Shown: positions 32,106 to 41,759 of the stretch, one piece after another
Numbering within the stretch: position 1 is the first letter of the stretch
How the letters are laid out: each line of letters opens with the position of its first letter
Assembly (NCBI GenBank): GCA_001275005.1
Contig: JWZX01003033.1
Coordinates: 1 to 44,280, forward strand
From: Chrysochromulina tobinii
Lineage: Eukaryota
DNA: 44,280 nt
Direction: 5' to 3'
The notes under the pieces: model-generated
Seen by the model: only the letters and a program-made list of their open reading frames with translations
Databases searched by the model: none
What the model was told of the DNA's origin: nothing
Translations under genes and position numbers: made by a program

Positions 32106-34340
32106 ATGGCGATGGAGCTTCGTCTAGTGGCCGGAACTCCCGCGCGCCCGGATCGCCCAGAAGTCATCAGGCTTCGTGACGGGCTGACTATTGGGCGCCA
32201 CACCAAGCCGCTTCCGAAGCCTGGAGATAAAGGCCCACTTTCGTGTATGCAAGGGTGCGAGTTTTGCGCCAGGCAATCCTACGCCGATGTGGGTCTCGGC
32301 CTGTGCAGGGACTCTATCATCGGCCGGCTGCAGGCGCGGGTGGCCTTGGACTCCAACGGCCATCTCCGGCTGCACCAGCTTAGCCAGGTCAGCCGCACGC
32401 GCGTCGGCGACAAGGTGCTCAAGGCTGACCACTCAGAGCAACTCCTAGATGGGTGCTCAGTCATCTTCGGCGGCTCGGATACTGAGTACGCTTACGTATG
32501 CCGCTCAAGCGTGATGATCGCGGAGGAAGAGGACGGGGGCGAGGAAACCGATGTCGAAGACGGACTGCACGCTTCGGCGGCGGTGGCGGCAGTGGCCAAG
32601 GCGGCCGCAGAGGCCAAGGCCGCCGTGGAGGCGGAAATACAGGCGCTTGCCGAGGCGAAGGCGGTCGCCGAGGCGCAGGTTGCCGCGGAGGCGAAGGCGG
32701 CCGCCGAGGCGCAGGTCGCCGCGGAGGCAAAGGCGGCTGCCGAGATGGAGGCAGCCGCAGAGGCGAGGGCGGCCGCGGAGGCGAAGGCGGCCTTGGCCCG
32801 CAAGCGGAACGTATGGAGTGTCTTCGACGAGGACGATGATGATGAACCGTTGCCGTCGCCGCCACCGCCGCCGGCTGCTGCCTCGAGCGGCGCCGGCGTG
32901 GTAGTGCCATCCGTGGAGGCGCCGCTGGACAACGCGGGTGGCGCGGAGTTCGATGCGGGCGGCGCAGAGAGCGACGTGGCGCAGGCGTTCGCCGAGGCAA
33001 AGTCGCCACAGCCTCCTGCGCCTTCGTCCGTGACTGCGCCGGTGGTCGCGTCTATGCCGGCAGCAGCGCCTTTAGGTCCTAGCGGAACGCCTGGCATGTG
33101 GCAGGTCTTGCTGGGCAATACCCTCCGCCCGTACGAGCCGTCGGTGCAGCACACGCTCGAGTCGGCCTTGATGGCCGGCAAGACGGTCGCCAAGATCACT
33201 GTGCGAGGCACTGACTACGTCGTGAGCCTGCATGAGCCACGCAGGCAGACGAGCGCGGCAGATTCGACCAAGACGCGACCAGTGCGTCGCGAGGGCGGGC
33301 CGCCGCCACCCGCTTTCGTCGACTTGTGTATGTCGCCAGAGGACGAAATGTCTGCGTACAAGATGCCGAGGCGCGAGCGCGACTACGGCTCTCCATCAGC
33401 CATGGCATCGCCCTCGACCGACGTGTCCGACTCGCCAGTCAAGCGCAGGCGAGTGAACGACTCCGAGGACGCGGGCAGCCACGAGCGCGCTGGAGCGCCC
33501 ATGACCGCTACCGGTCAAGCAGCTACCTCTGGCTCGCAGGCCAAGCTAAATTTCTTAACGGCGGGGCAAGTCGATGCATTCCTCTCGAGCTGTGCCTTCA
33601 CAGCTCCGCCAATCGGCGGCAGTCCTGCAGCGGTGCACGCCTCGGTGCACGCCTCCGTGCCAAGGGTTAGCAACAAAGACCAGCAGCGCTGGAAGTATAA
33701 GAACTTCGAGATCCAACGCGCGCCAACGCTAGTGATCAACGGCACCAAGTACACTGATCCGAAGGAGCTACCGAACGAACTGCCTCGCCGGAAAAACTCG
33801 AGTACCTTCTTTGTCACTGTGAATCCCAACAAGGTCGTCCCAGACGACTTGAAGGCTGTGGCCGATGATGCATGGAAAGAGGGCTTACAAGCCCTTGAGC
33901 AGGGCGTTGCTGAAAACGGCACGTGCATCAAGTTTGGACCCAACGACCCCGCCACATTTGCAGCAGACCGCTTCGAAGACGTCATCATTGGGCGGCCGAA
34001 ATTCGTTGCCAAGACCGAGGTTGGCCCGAAGTCCGGCCGGCTGCACGCACATCTTCGTGTGAAGGTCGTCCATTACTCTCAAGTTCACCTCTCGATACCG
34101 AAGATACAAGAGATCTTCAAGAAGGCGTATGACGAAGCAGTGGCTAAGGCCGCCCGGAAGCATACAGGCGGCGACATGAGGCGCACTGCTCATGTGAAAA
34201 GCCAATTGCAAATAAATGGCTTGCCATATGTCGACATTGAGCTTCTGTCACAGTCCAACGCATCGGAGATCATGCTGCGGTACATGTTCAAGGACGACGT
34301 AGCTGCTTGCCCAGATGCAGGTGACGATGACGATGAATGA
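32106..34340 (+). CDS. FHA-like + AEAKAA-repeat + WWE + C-terminal HUH (Rep-like) endonuclease fusion protein
   Basis: FHA-like LTIGR..IIGRLQARV..LRLHQLS..TRVGDKVL..LLDGCSVIFGG. WWE: WQVLLGNTLRPYEPSVQHTLESA..ITVRGTDYVVSL..RQ....RPVRR (33096-33290). Rep motifs FFVTVN (33807-33824), EVG..GRLHAH (to 34052) and RYMFK (34281-34292). Confidence 0.7.
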   Translation: MAMELRLVAGTPARPDRPEVIRLRDGLTIGRHTKPLPKPGDKGPLSCMQGCEFCARQSYADVGLGLCRDSIIGRLQARVALDSNGHLRLHQLSQVSRTRVGDKVLKADHSEQLLDGCSVIFGGSDTEYAYVCRSSVMIAEEEDGGEETDVEDGLHASAAVAAVAKAAAEAKAAVEAEIQALAEAKAVAEAQVAAEAKAAAEAQVAAEAKAAAEMEAAAEARAAAEAKAALARKRNVWSVFDEDDDDEPLPSPPPPPAAASSGAGVVVPSVEAPLDNAGGAEFDAGGAESDVAQAFAEAKSPQPPAPSSVTAPVVASMPAAAPLGPSGTPGMWQVLLGNTLRPYEPSVQHTLESALMAGKTVAKITVRGTDYVVSLHEPRRQTSAADSTKTRPVRREGGPPPPAFVDLCMSPEDEMSAYKMPRRERDYGSPSAMASPSTDVSDSPVKRRRVNDSEDAGSHERAGAPMTATGQAATSGSQAKLNFLTAGQVDAFLSSCAFTAPPIGGSPAAVHASVHASVPRVSNKDQQRWKYKNFEIQRAPTLVINGTKYTDPKELPNELPRRKNSSTFFVTVNPNKVVPDDLKAVADDAWKEGLQALEQGVAENGTCIKFGPNDPATFAADRFEDVIIGRPKFVAKTEVGPKSGRLHAHLRVKVVHYSQVHLSIPKIQEIFKKAYDEAVAKAARKHTGGDMRRTAHVKSQLQINGLPYVDIELLSQSNASEIMLRYMFKDDVAACPDAGDDDDE

Positions 34341-34923
34341 GACCTGCCGCATGCTACGCGAGGACTTAGTAAAGCTGTCGCAGTGACCTGTGTGCCGAGT
34401 GGGCGCACTGCAGCGTTCAGTAGCGCGCGTGGCGGGCGCGGAGCGACCGATCAGGTGCCAGAGGAGCCCACAGCTCAGGGTCGCGGCAGGCGCCGCCCGC
34501 CGGTGCGTCGCGTGCGGGAGGCGAGGGTCGAGTCGCGCTGCGAAGCCCGTGCCCCGCGCGAGAGATTGAGGCTATTGAGCATCGTGACGGTTTTTCGAAT
34601 TACGGGGTCGAATTATTTGTAACTCGCACAGTACACACTATGACAACACCCCGGCTCTACCGTACCGTACATGCGTCGACCATCCTTGAAATCTAGACCT
34701 AATACATCGTCGAATATCTTCGAGTACGAAAGACGTGGTGCTGGTGGGGTATTGCACGAGATGCGCGGGAGCGGGCGGGGCAACCCCCGCCGCCGCACGA
34801 GCAACCGCCGCGCGCCGCGGCAGTCGCAAGTCGCGCTTCGGCTCGGCCACGCGGACTCTCTACCTCGACTACGTCCTGTCGCGTGGGCAGTGCGATCTCA
34901 CTCGTCTCTCTCCCCGCTCTAAC

Positions 34924-35889
34924 TCATCTTCCGCCGAGGCGCTGGCCGTGCCCTCCCGAGAAGCTGCTCGAGCTCTCTAGCCCACTGCGAGCTCGAGATC
35001 TCCCTCCGCCATGGGCTCCGTCCTCGAAGACAGGCAGCCCGGCGGCCCGCCACTCGACCTCGAGCGCATCACGTATGCGCTCTCGCTGCTCTTGGCGCGC
35101 GGTTGCGCCAATCTCGTGCAGGAAGCTGTTAGAGGCGTACATGCTCGTGCTCCACGCGTTGAAGCGCTCCTCGACCGTCGCGTTGAAGGCAGCAGTGTGC
35201 GTGCGCGGCGCCGAGCTCACCCTCGAGGCAACCTTCGAGGCGACGCCGTGCTGCAGCGGAGGCAGCGGCTGCATGTGACCAGGGCTGCGACTCGAGCCTG
35301 GGTGGCCACGTATGCCATCCGCAGATTGCGCTCGCCTCAGGGCTGCGGCTGCTGCGGCGGCTGCCGCCTCACCTGGTCTCTCCTGCTGTTCTGCGCGTGA
35401 TCGAGAAAGGCCGAGGGCCAGCTGGTAATCCTCCTGCTGCTGCAACGCCCTCTGGCGCGATTCGGCCGTGCGCATCGCATCGCGCTCGCGCATGGCAGCC
35501 TCGACGTTCGCCGGTTTGAGCTTGCCTTTCGACAGACTACTGATGCCGATCGGCGGCAGCTTTTGGCTGCGAGTGGCTGGTGACTGCTGCTGCGGAGGTG
35601 GTTCCCACTGCGATACCCCGAGGGTTGCATTGACATAGTAGTGGCGGCTATACTCGGGGCTCCAGCCCATCGCCCATCCTGGAGGCAGGGCATACTGCTG
35701 AGGCTCCGAGGGCCGTGGCCGCTCCTCGCGGTCCGGCGCAAAGTGGACGCGAGAAGTCCTGCGCCTTACTTGCACCGCTGCGGCAGTGTCATCCACGGCG
35801 GGCTGTGGAGCGACCCTCGCATCCTGCTTGCGCTTCGGCTGGTCACCTTGAGGACCAACGTCCGGGCCTCTGCTGCAGCAGGCACCCAT
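34924..35889 (-). CDS. Putatively acylated WW-domain/UIM adaptor protein
   Basis: N-terminus MGACCS; WW domain LPPGWAMGWSPEYSRHYYVNATLGVSQWEPP; UIM-like EDYQLALGLSRS; C-terminal FSGGHGQRLGG. Confidence 0.75.
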   Translation of the reverse strand: MGACCSRGPDVGPQGDQPKRKQDARVAPQPAVDDTAAAVQVRRRTSRVHFAPDREERPRPSEPQQYALPPGWAMGWSPEYSRHYYVNATLGVSQWEPPPQQQSPATRSQKLPPIGISSLSKGKLKPANVEAAMRERDAMRTAESRQRALQQQEDYQLALGLSRSRAEQQERPGEAAAAAAAAALRRAQSADGIRGHPGSSRSPGHMQPLPPLQHGVASKVASRVSSAPRTHTAAFNATVEERFNAWSTSMYASNSFLHEIGATARQEQRERIRDALEVEWRAAGLPVFEDGAHGGGRSRARSGLESSSSFSGGHGQRLGGR

Positions 35890-36046
35890 GCCGCAAAGTG
35901 TGTGCGGAAATTTGCGTTAGATTCCCCACAGGCGAGTCTCGGCGCCGTCCTGGGGGCTCCACGCTCGGCGTGCGACTCTCACTAGGATAAACGAGGGCTC
36001 TCTATCCGGAGGCATATGAAAAAACGACTTGTCTGAAGCAAAGTTG

Positions 36047-37056
36047 ATGCCGCCCCACAGGCGGACCACGCCAAAGCGAGCCGCGCGTTCGCCCGTGCGA
36101 CGCCGCACTCGCACTCCAGCCGCAGAGGCCGAATCTGTGCCTACAATCGCGCCGGAGGCTGAATTGCATCCACTCTCGAAGCGGCCGCAGTACTTCTCAG
36201 ATGATGACACTAGGCCGTATTGCCGCGGCGCATGGTATTGGGCGATACGTAAGTCGGGTATCGCGTGGCTGGTGCTAGGCGCGTACGCCTGCTTCGCACT
36301 GTGGGATGCCCGCAATGGCCGTCCGCTTCTGCAGCTCTGCCGGCTGCTGCACACCGTCGCACTCGTGCTCAATGTGCTGTTGAGCGACGAGCTGCACAAT
36401 TTGGACCGGCACATGGGTAGCGCATACCTGCGCGATCCCGATGTCTCTATGCGCGAGCGCGTGCTCCACGCACGCGACTGGCGCGCAGCCCTTGCTGTGC
36501 CAGCGTCCTACAACGTGCTGCTGGTCTTCGGCATTATGGACTGGCAGAGGGTCGGCACAGAGGAATTGGCGCTGCTCGGGGCCAACCTCGCGGCCTTTGC
36601 GCTCATGTACGTGCGCATCAGCGCAGAGCGCATTACGCCGAAGCGCGAGCTTTTCCTCTCGTTTGTGCTCACTTTCGCGACGCAGATGGTGATTCTGCTC
36701 GTCGCCTTCTACCGTCAGCGCGAGCATCACAAGTTCTGGTTTCCCCTGTGGTTTGTTTATGCAATTGGCCTCGTCGCCAAGGCGCTCGAGTTCCCCGACT
36801 CCAAGTACTTTGGGCACCACGAGGTGCCTTGCTTGAGAGCTGAACCTGGCCTCGCACCCGACCCCTGAGCTGAACCCGATTCTTGATTGCGCAGGTGTTG
36901 CATGCGAGCTGCATTATTGGTCACATGCTCGGCCTGCTCGTCGACGTCAGTACGACGGTGCCGCCGCCGCCGCCGCCGCCGCCCCCTCCGACAGGGGCGA
37001 TCACGATGCTGATCTCGTCTACGACTGAATGGGTGGCGCGAATGAGTGGCGCATGA
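36047..37056 (+). CDS. Hemolysin III / PAQR-family multi-pass membrane protein; 2 exons (36047-36823, 36895-37056)
   Basis: RPYCRG, SDELHNLD, several hydrophobic helices, and FGHHE|VLH formed across a GT...GCAG intron (36824-36894). Confidence 0.7.
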
Positions 37057-37705
37057 GCTTCGATGAGGCCAAGCAGGCCGGGCTGCAGCGCACGACGAGC
37101 GTGAGAGCGAGCGAACAGAGCGAGCTCCTCCTCGTGCAACCGCGGAACACAGATCAAGCATCACGTCATGGGAGGCCCATTATATGCGCACGTGCGATTG
37201 CGGATGGATTGCTGAGTGGGATTTGGGGAAAGAGCTGTACATTGTACATGCTAGGATCGGCGATTCGGATGTGGGCGGGGAGCCCCCGCCGGGGACCCGG
37301 AGGTGCGAGGACCGTCGAGGGCTGTCCGCAGGCTCCTGCGGCCTTCGCCTTGCTCCGTCGGACGATACAATTATTTCCGAAGCCATACCTGGGCGAGCCG
37401 CCTGCGCGGTATCTATACCGTATACTAATTCCATAACCATTTGCGTGCTGCGCGCGCTCGGGGCGAGTGGCGGGGTGATTCATCGTTTCGATCGCACGCC
37501 CGCCCGTCCGCGTCGCTTCCGCCACCCGCGAAACGGCCCGGCCGTGATCGGTGATGGCGCGGGCCCGCGGAGACCGAGATATCGCCGCGGGTCTATCAAC
37601 TATCGAGTATACCACTCTGCTGTAGAGAACGGTCCCCGCCTGTTGTGCGCATCCCAGTGCGCTGCCTCGCAGCCTCGTGGGACCGATCGCGTCCTGGCGG
37701 CGTCT

Positions 37706-40354
37706 TCAACGTCCAGTAACCGTTTGCGCCGCCGCCTCGGCGAGCGCATCTACAAAGCTGCGAGCCTCGGGGTTTGTCGCTAGGTCCGCGTTCGGGTAGA
37801 TGGCACGCAGTAGCGCAAGAAGGTCACGAGCGGGCAGCGCGTCAAGCTTGGCCAGTTCCCACTGCTCGCGCACGTGCCGTAGCCGATCAGCGCCCAGCAC
37901 CCGCGACAGCTGCTTGGCCATGCGCAGACTCGGGGCGTACACATCACCGCCGCCCTCCGCCTCGGCGGCGGCGTTGGGGTCGGAGGCGCGACCGTCGCGG
38001 TCGCCCAGCTCACCATCGGCGCCACCGTGGCCGGTTGCGGGCGCATCCTCTGGTGCTGGCTGCAGCAACGCGTCGCACGCAGCGCACAGCGGTGTGAAAA
38101 CCTCCGCCTGGAGCGCGCGCGAGTCAGCGTCCGAGATGTGCCGCAATCCGAGCACCTGAGCGCACAAGCTGCCCAGAGGCGCCTCGACAGCACGGCCGAG
38201 CAGCTCCATGGCCGTTGGCCGTGGCAGCGTCTCGAGTGCCATCCGGTGCAGCCTGCGCGTGTGATGGATGAGCTGTCGCGTCGCGGCGCTTGCGTGCGCA
38301 TGCGCCTCAGCGTCCTCGCCTACGCGAACGAAGCCGCGCGCACCTGAGAGAGCCACGAAGAGCTGCTGCTGCACCTCGTGCAGCACAGCCTCAAAGGTGC
38401 GCGCTGCCAAGGCCTGGAGCTCGGGCGCCAGATCGACGAAACTCGCGCTCCCGCCGGCGCCACCGATCGGCGGGGGCAGCCGGCGAGCATACTGCAGGCC
38501 CAGCGTGAGACACCGGTGGCGGAGCAGCCGCGCGTCGTTGTGCAGCAGCAGCGCCACGTGCGGCACGAGTACCTCCGCAGACCGATGCGGCGCGGCCGCG
38601 AGGAAGAGGTCGATCACGTCGCGCGCGCGCGCGTAGAGCAGCCCGGCGCCCTCAGGACCACACGCGCACGCGTCCTCGAGAGTAGCATCGAGCAGCCGCA
38701 GCAGCCGCGTGGCTCGAGTGCTCACTCGACAGCGCGGGAAATGCAGCGCGCCCAGCCGCACTTCACAGTGCGCCTCAGAGCGCGCCGCCACCGCCACGCC
38801 GGCCGCCTTGGCCGGTGGATCGCCGTCGTGCTCAGCGGCGGGTGCGCCGGCCGCGCCCGCATCGCAGGCCGCCATGCCGGAGAGCGGCGCGGACGATGCT
38901 GGAAGCTCCACCGAGTCCGCGGACCTTTCGTAGATGATTCTCCGGGCGTCGTGTAGCACCTCCTCACACCGCATGGCGGCCGCCCGCGCCTCCAGGCGCG
39001 CCGCCGCTTCGACGAGCATCCCGAGCTCGGCACTGAGCGCGGCGGCGACCATCGGTGATGTGGCGGCGACGCGCCGTTGCAGTCGCTCATGCAGCGCGAC
39101 CACCCGTGTCGAGACGCTGGCCGCCATGGCGTGGACTCTGCCGCGGCTCGTCGCGATGGGGGCCGCCGACGCGCCGGGCGCACGACTGGCCGACGGCATC
39201 TCGCCCATCGGGCGCTCGGGAGCGCGCGCGTGCATCATTTCGGTCGCGAGTGCGGGCAGCAGGCAGTCCTCAACTACTGCTCGCCGTAGCTCGCCCCAGA
39301 AGGTGGGCCCTAGGGCGAGGATTGAGAGGGTCGCCGCCGCGGACGGCACGGCGCCTGGCAACGGCTCGGATGCTGCACTGCCGCTCACGCCCGCGAGGAA
39401 GTCATGCAGCGCGCCGAGCACCGTCTCGATGGCCTCGCATACCTGTGCCGCGCGCTGCGAGAACCCAAATGAGATCCCCAATGAGGCATCGTCGTCGGCC
39501 TCCGCGGAGCTACAGACGACGAGGGCGACGGCAAGATCATCTTCGGTGCGTGCGGCACGGATCGCCACGTGCGACCGCTCGAACGCAGGCCGGAGCAGCC
39601 GCGCCATCGCCGCCTCGCCGAGCTTGCGCATGCACCCGTCGATGGCCCCGATGGCGCTGAGCGCTCCGACGAGCATGTGCAGACGCGACGAGTCGGCGCT
39701 CAGCACGAGCGTCTCTGCCGAGTGGGTCGTGGGGTCGCCGATGACAATCTCGGTCCGGCCGAGCGCAGCCGCGGCCCACGCCGCAAGTGCGGCCTCGTGT
39801 AACCGGCTTTCGGATCGCTCGACCTCGCTGATGATGACGTCGAGCAGTCCCGTTGCCGCACGATCGCGGGTCATCTCGGGATGCTCGAGCAGCACCGGAA
39901 GGTCGCGCTCGCGGAGCGCTGCGACCAGGGCTGCCGCGCCACGGAAGTCGTTGGCACCGAGCGCTGTCTCGAAGCCGCCGAGAGAGCGGTGCACCGCTGC
40001 AAGACAGCGCAGCAGCATGAGGGAGTCCTGCGACGCGTGAAGGCGCTCGCGCAGTGCTGGCGCGCGCAGCACGCTCGCCTCGAGGCGTTCGCGCAGCGCG
40101 TTACACTCTATGGCGAGGACGCCGTCCTGGAGCGTCTCGACCTGCCCGCGCAGTTCGTCCGCGCAGCCAAGCACGCGCTCGACGGCCGGCTTCTCTGCCT
40201 CGACGATCCGCACGACCTCTGCCTCAGCTTTGGCGATGAGTTGGCCGACACGCACGAGCGCTGCAGACACAGCGGCAGGGTCGCCTACGTCCACCGCTGC
40301 TCCGAGCGTGGCCGCAATGAAGGTGCTCAGCTCGGCATCCGACGCAGCATCCAT
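37706..40354 (-). CDS. ZW10: ZW10-like kinetochore / NRZ tethering complex subunit
   Basis: N-terminal coiled coil, then HFPRCRVS, LLYARARDVIDLF, VPHVALLLHNDA..L.H.CLTLG, SFVDLAP, VLGLRHIS and LLRAIY, typical of the ZW10 C-terminal region. Confidence 0.8.
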   Translation of the reverse strand: MDAASDAELSTFIAATLGAAVDVGDPAAVSAALVRVGQLIAKAEAEVVRIVEAEKPAVERVLGCADELRGQVETLQDGVLAIECNALRERLEASVLRAPALRERLHASQDSLMLLRCLAAVHRSLGGFETALGANDFRGAAALVAALRERDLPVLLEHPEMTRDRAATGLLDVIISEVERSESRLHEAALAAWAAAALGRTEIVIGDPTTHSAETLVLSADSSRLHMLVGALSAIGAIDGCMRKLGEAAMARLLRPAFERSHVAIRAARTEDDLAVALVVCSSAEADDDASLGISFGFSQRAAQVCEAIETVLGALHDFLAGVSGSAASEPLPGAVPSAAATLSILALGPTFWGELRRAVVEDCLLPALATEMMHARAPERPMGEMPSASRAPGASAAPIATSRGRVHAMAASVSTRVVALHERLQRRVAATSPMVAAALSAELGMLVEAAARLEARAAAMRCEEVLHDARRIIYERSADSVELPASSAPLSGMAACDAGAAGAPAAEHDGDPPAKAAGVAVAARSEAHCEVRLGALHFPRCRVSTRATRLLRLLDATLEDACACGPEGAGLLYARARDVIDLFLAAAPHRSAEVLVPHVALLLHNDARLLRHRCLTLGLQYARRLPPPIGGAGGSASFVDLAPELQALAARTFEAVLHEVQQQLFVALSGARGFVRVGEDAEAHAHASAATRQLIHHTRRLHRMALETLPRPTAMELLGRAVEAPLGSLCAQVLGLRHISDADSRALQAEVFTPLCAACDALLQPAPEDAPATGHGGADGELGDRDGRASDPNAAAEAEGGGDVYAPSLRMAKQLSRVLGADRLRHVREQWELAKLDALPARDLLALLRAIYPNADLATNPEARSFVDALAEAAAQTVTGR

Positions 40355-40550
40355 CGTGGTGATGTCGTCATGAGAATGAAGCGAGAACGAGCCACGATGA
40401 GCGCTCCCTGAACGCAACTTCGAACTTGACCAATCACACACAACTCACCCTTCGCACTCTCCTGTCGGCCGCTCATCTTCGACTCTTCCCACACCTAATC
40501 CCTCTCCGATGGCCGGCCCGACGCCTGCCGCGCCTCGTCCGCGCTTGTGT

Positions 40551-41684
40551 CTACGCTCTACTACAGGGCATCGTCAGCAGCGGGCGATATTCGTCGACGC
40601 TGAAGGGCCTTGCAAAGTTGGCCGCGACCAGAAAGGAGCGCTGCCGCTCGAGGTGTGGCGACCCTGAGTCGCGCAGATAGTCGGACGACTGGATCTCGGT
40701 GCCGAAATCGGCAAAGTCGCCTGCAAAGCGCTGCGCGCGGTAGTAGCCCCACGTGCACGGATGGAAGACGGGCTCGCCGAGGGTGGGCAGCGGCGCCACC
40801 TTCGTGTCGTACCCGGGATTGTAGAAAAAGGGCGCCGAGTACCGCCGGTGAGTTGGATGCGTGAGGACGCGATGGAGCGGCGCATGGTAGCGATCGTTGC
40901 TCCAGATCTGCGCCATGTCGCCCGTGTTGATAGTGAGGGCGCCCTCGATGGGCACCATCGTCACCCACGCGCCCTCGTCGTTCGGGTCGTCGCCGCGGCG
41001 GACCACCTGCAGGGAGTGGCAGTCCAGATCTTGCTCGAGGACAGTGAGAAAGCCGGCGTCCTTGTGAGGCGAGATGCCGAGCGGCGGAGGCGGCCCGGGC
41101 TCCTGGCACGGTGGATAATAGTTGAGGCGCAGATACGACGTGTGGCTTGTGTGGAGGAGGTCGTCAAAGTAGCTGGAGTTCATGTCGAGGCCCTCAGCCA
41201 TTCGTGCAGCAATCGTTGCCGACAGGACAGTTAAGCTCTCAAAATACCGCACCATGACATCGCGGAAGAGTGGCGCGTCGGCCACAGACGGGAAGCGATT
41301 GAACCCGTCGAGGCACGCGTTGGCGGGATCGTTATCCTTGACGCCCCAGTCCCGGGACCCAGGCACGCCAAAATCGAGTGCCTCCTTCCAATCTCGTCGG
41401 CGCTTCGTAAGCTCGTCATCAAAGAAGCCACGGGCATTGCTGCCATCCCGCCGAAGTTTGCCCTTTTTGTGCGCAGGAAGATTGAAAAAGGTGACCATCT
41501 GCTCGCGAAAGGCCGCCAGCAAGGCAGGCTCCACGCCATGGTTAACGACCTGGAAGAAGCCGTAGTCTGAGCAGGCTCTCGAAATCTCATCGCGGACATG
41601 GTCTGTGGGTTTGTGCAGGTCAATGACCGGCGGCCCCATGGCAATTGTGCTGAATCCCGGCAGCCGTCCGCTCAGGCGCCGCAT
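40551..41684 (-). CDS. 2-oxoglutarate/Fe(II)-dependent dioxygenase (IPNS/DIOX_N family)
   Basis: PPVIDL, ACSDYGFFQVVNHGV, LRLNYYP, HKD, NTGDMAQIWSNDRY, HRV, RYS. Alternative start at 41639. Confidence 0.92.
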   Translation of the reverse strand: MRRLSGRLPGFSTIAMGPPVIDLHKPTDHVRDEISRACSDYGFFQVVNHGVEPALLAAFREQMVTFFNLPAHKKGKLRRDGSNARGFFDDELTKRRRDWKEALDFGVPGSRDWGVKDNDPANACLDGFNRFPSVADAPLFRDVMVRYFESLTVLSATIAARMAEGLDMNSSYFDDLLHTSHTSYLRLNYYPPCQEPGPPPPLGISPHKDAGFLTVLEQDLDCHSLQVVRRGDDPNDEGAWVTMVPIEGALTINTGDMAQIWSNDRYHAPLHRVLTHPTHRRYSAPFFYNPGYDTKVAPLPTLGEPVFHPCTWGYYRAQRFAGDFADFGTEIQSSDYLRDSGSPHLERQRSFLVAANFARPFSVDEYRPLLTMPCSRA

Positions 41685-41759
41685 CAAAACATGGAAGGAT
41701 GAAGTGGGGGACGTCACGAGTTTTCGTTATTTTCCGAAGTCGCTGATGATGCAGCGCAA

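Noticed and set aside
33800..34340. Helitron or complete CRESS endogenous virus
   Set aside because: No Pif1 or SF3 helicase, capsid ORF or recognisable element termini flank the HUH-like domain.
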